Of a stretch of DNA of 64,000 bases, positions 62,330 through 64,000 are shown piece after piece. A program made the position numbers and the translations under genes. Position 1 is the first letter of the stretch; each line of letters begins with the position of its first letter. The stretch is from positions 11,098,001 through 11,162,000 of the forward strand of contig NC_058368.1 of assembly GCF_018350175.1 (NCBI RefSeq), in the 5' to 3' direction. The notes under the pieces were generated by a model. It had not been told where the DNA came from and made no database searches. It saw nothing but the letters and a program-made list of their open reading frames with translations. The DNA is from Felis catus. Lineage: Eukaryota.

Positions 62330-64000
62330 TAAAATGATGGTTTAAGGCATTGACTAGAGAAGTTCTGTGAAAATGGCTGTGTGGATCAGGGAAGGAGATT
62401 AAATCAAAAGCCTTAATTGGTACACAATTTTGTTTTCTTTGTCCTTTACAGTGTTTTTAAAAACCTGAAGCCAACATTTACAAATCAGGTAAATTTAAAA
62501 TTCAGGGGTTCAAAGTTCTCTTGAAAAATCAGAGAATGAGACAAATCTGGGCCTCCGGACCTCCCCAAGCACAATGCGCTGGGTCTTCAGCGGCCGCTGC
62601 CCTTTAAGAGAGCGTGCGGGCACCCGGTTTCTAACACTGGGGCAGCCCCACTCATTTACCTCACTTGTGTAACTCCAGAAATACCCCACTGGCCCCTCCC
62701 AACCACATATAGCAAACACTGGATGGATTCCTTCGGCTCACTGAGAACAGGCTCCGAGGTTGAATCTTGGTAAGTGGTAGATGGCAGGACAAAGCCTGGA
62801 ATATGGAACCAAATGTGCCAAAATGTTGACGGTGGTTATTTATCTACACAGCTGGGGTTATAAAATGTTTTCTTCTTACTTTTACTTTTTTTCTTTTTTT
62901 TTTTTTTGCACTTTCCACATATTCTGCCACAAACACGTATGTCCCTTCTAATGAGAAAGAAAATTAAAAAAAACAAAAAACAGCTAAAAAGAATAGGAAG
63001 TAGGGATTTTTCTTTCTTTTTTTGAGATTTGGCTACTATAGAAATATCTGCCTTCCTTTAAATCGTAATTAATAAAACCAGTAAGAAGTAGGAATTTGAT
63101 GCAAGAAACCAAAAAAATAGATCTGTTTCAAGAGTTGTCGTAAGATCCTGTCTCTTAGCTTTTTACCATAAATTAATAATAAATTCATAGTTAACATTTT
63201 ATGGGGGGGGCGGTAGAAAGATGTTGTTTTGACTTATATGAGTATGGTTTCTGGAACTTGGACACTTTTTAGCTTCTAGAATATGATATAAAATAAATCA
63301 CCTTTTTATGTAGAATTGATAAAAATAAATAGAAGAATAGTAGATCTTTCTGAGACGATACAGGAGCTTGGGAGAATTGAAGTGGAAAATTAAGGCCCAC
63401 CTTACTGGCGAAGGTAGTTTCAAGTTTTGATGAAGTTTCCTTGAAGTTGGCCAGAACTCAATAGTGAGTGAAAAAACGTGCCGCATCCCAAAATTTTGTA
63501 TAACACATAGGCGTTTGGAATGCTGAGTTGGAATTTAATTCCTAGGCAGAGGAAAGAAAATGGTGCTTCCTTCCAACAACTGAGAGTGGACGTACTAGAA
63601 GGACACTTTTGAATTCCTCATTGGATTCGATTGCTTTTTCCTGGTCATAGAAAATAGTCCAGAAATGGGGGTGGGGCAGGACATGCTTTGTGGGTAAGGG
63701 TAAGGAACAGGGAGCAGGGAAGCCAAGAATCAAAAGGAAGAACTTGGAGGTAGCTGAGAAACAAAGAATTTAAAGGGAAATTTATATTTTATAGATTTGG
63801 GCAATAAAGGAAGGCAAGGCGTGGTTGTAATTAGTTACAGTTTCTTGGCCGCTCTTAATATGTTTTCTCCTCTATAAAATGGACATAATGGGAGTACCAC
63901 ACTTATAAGTGTAAATGAAATACTGCACGAGAAATGTGTAGCGCAGGACGTGATTAGGGCAATGCACAATGAATTACTATTATAAGCATTGGATTAAGAG

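Noticed and set aside
1..64000. Prokaryotic-type systems (CRISPR, operons), NUMT or ERV internal genes
   Set aside because: The sequence is mammalian. I saw no repeat-spacer array, mitochondrial similarity or gag/pol/env motifs.

Overview
Mammalian genomic DNA, most likely from a felid or other feliform carnivore, judged from about 22 tRNA-derived CAN-SINEs of the cat type. The window is repeat-rich and looks intergenic or intronic: I recognise no intact protein-coding exon. Many of the supplied ORFs lie in SINEs, L1s, LTRs or microsatellites, and the rest resemble no protein I know. The one host-gene-derived feature I recognise is a 5'-truncated processed pseudogene of histone H3.3A (H3F3A): the last codons, the 3' UTR and a poly(A) tail at 16766-17157. 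The rest is L1 fragments, L2/MIR relics, MaLR/ERVL solo LTRs, hAT MER elements and simple repeats. Features not explained by known repeats are two short local duplications (one preserving a minus-strand splice acceptor), a few candidate exons with strong splice sites, CTCF/NFI/AP-1 motifs and a ~305-nt almost pure pyrimidine tract. The sequence alone does not support a new biological system. Repeat family names come from recalled consensus sequences, and boundaries of old elements are approximate.
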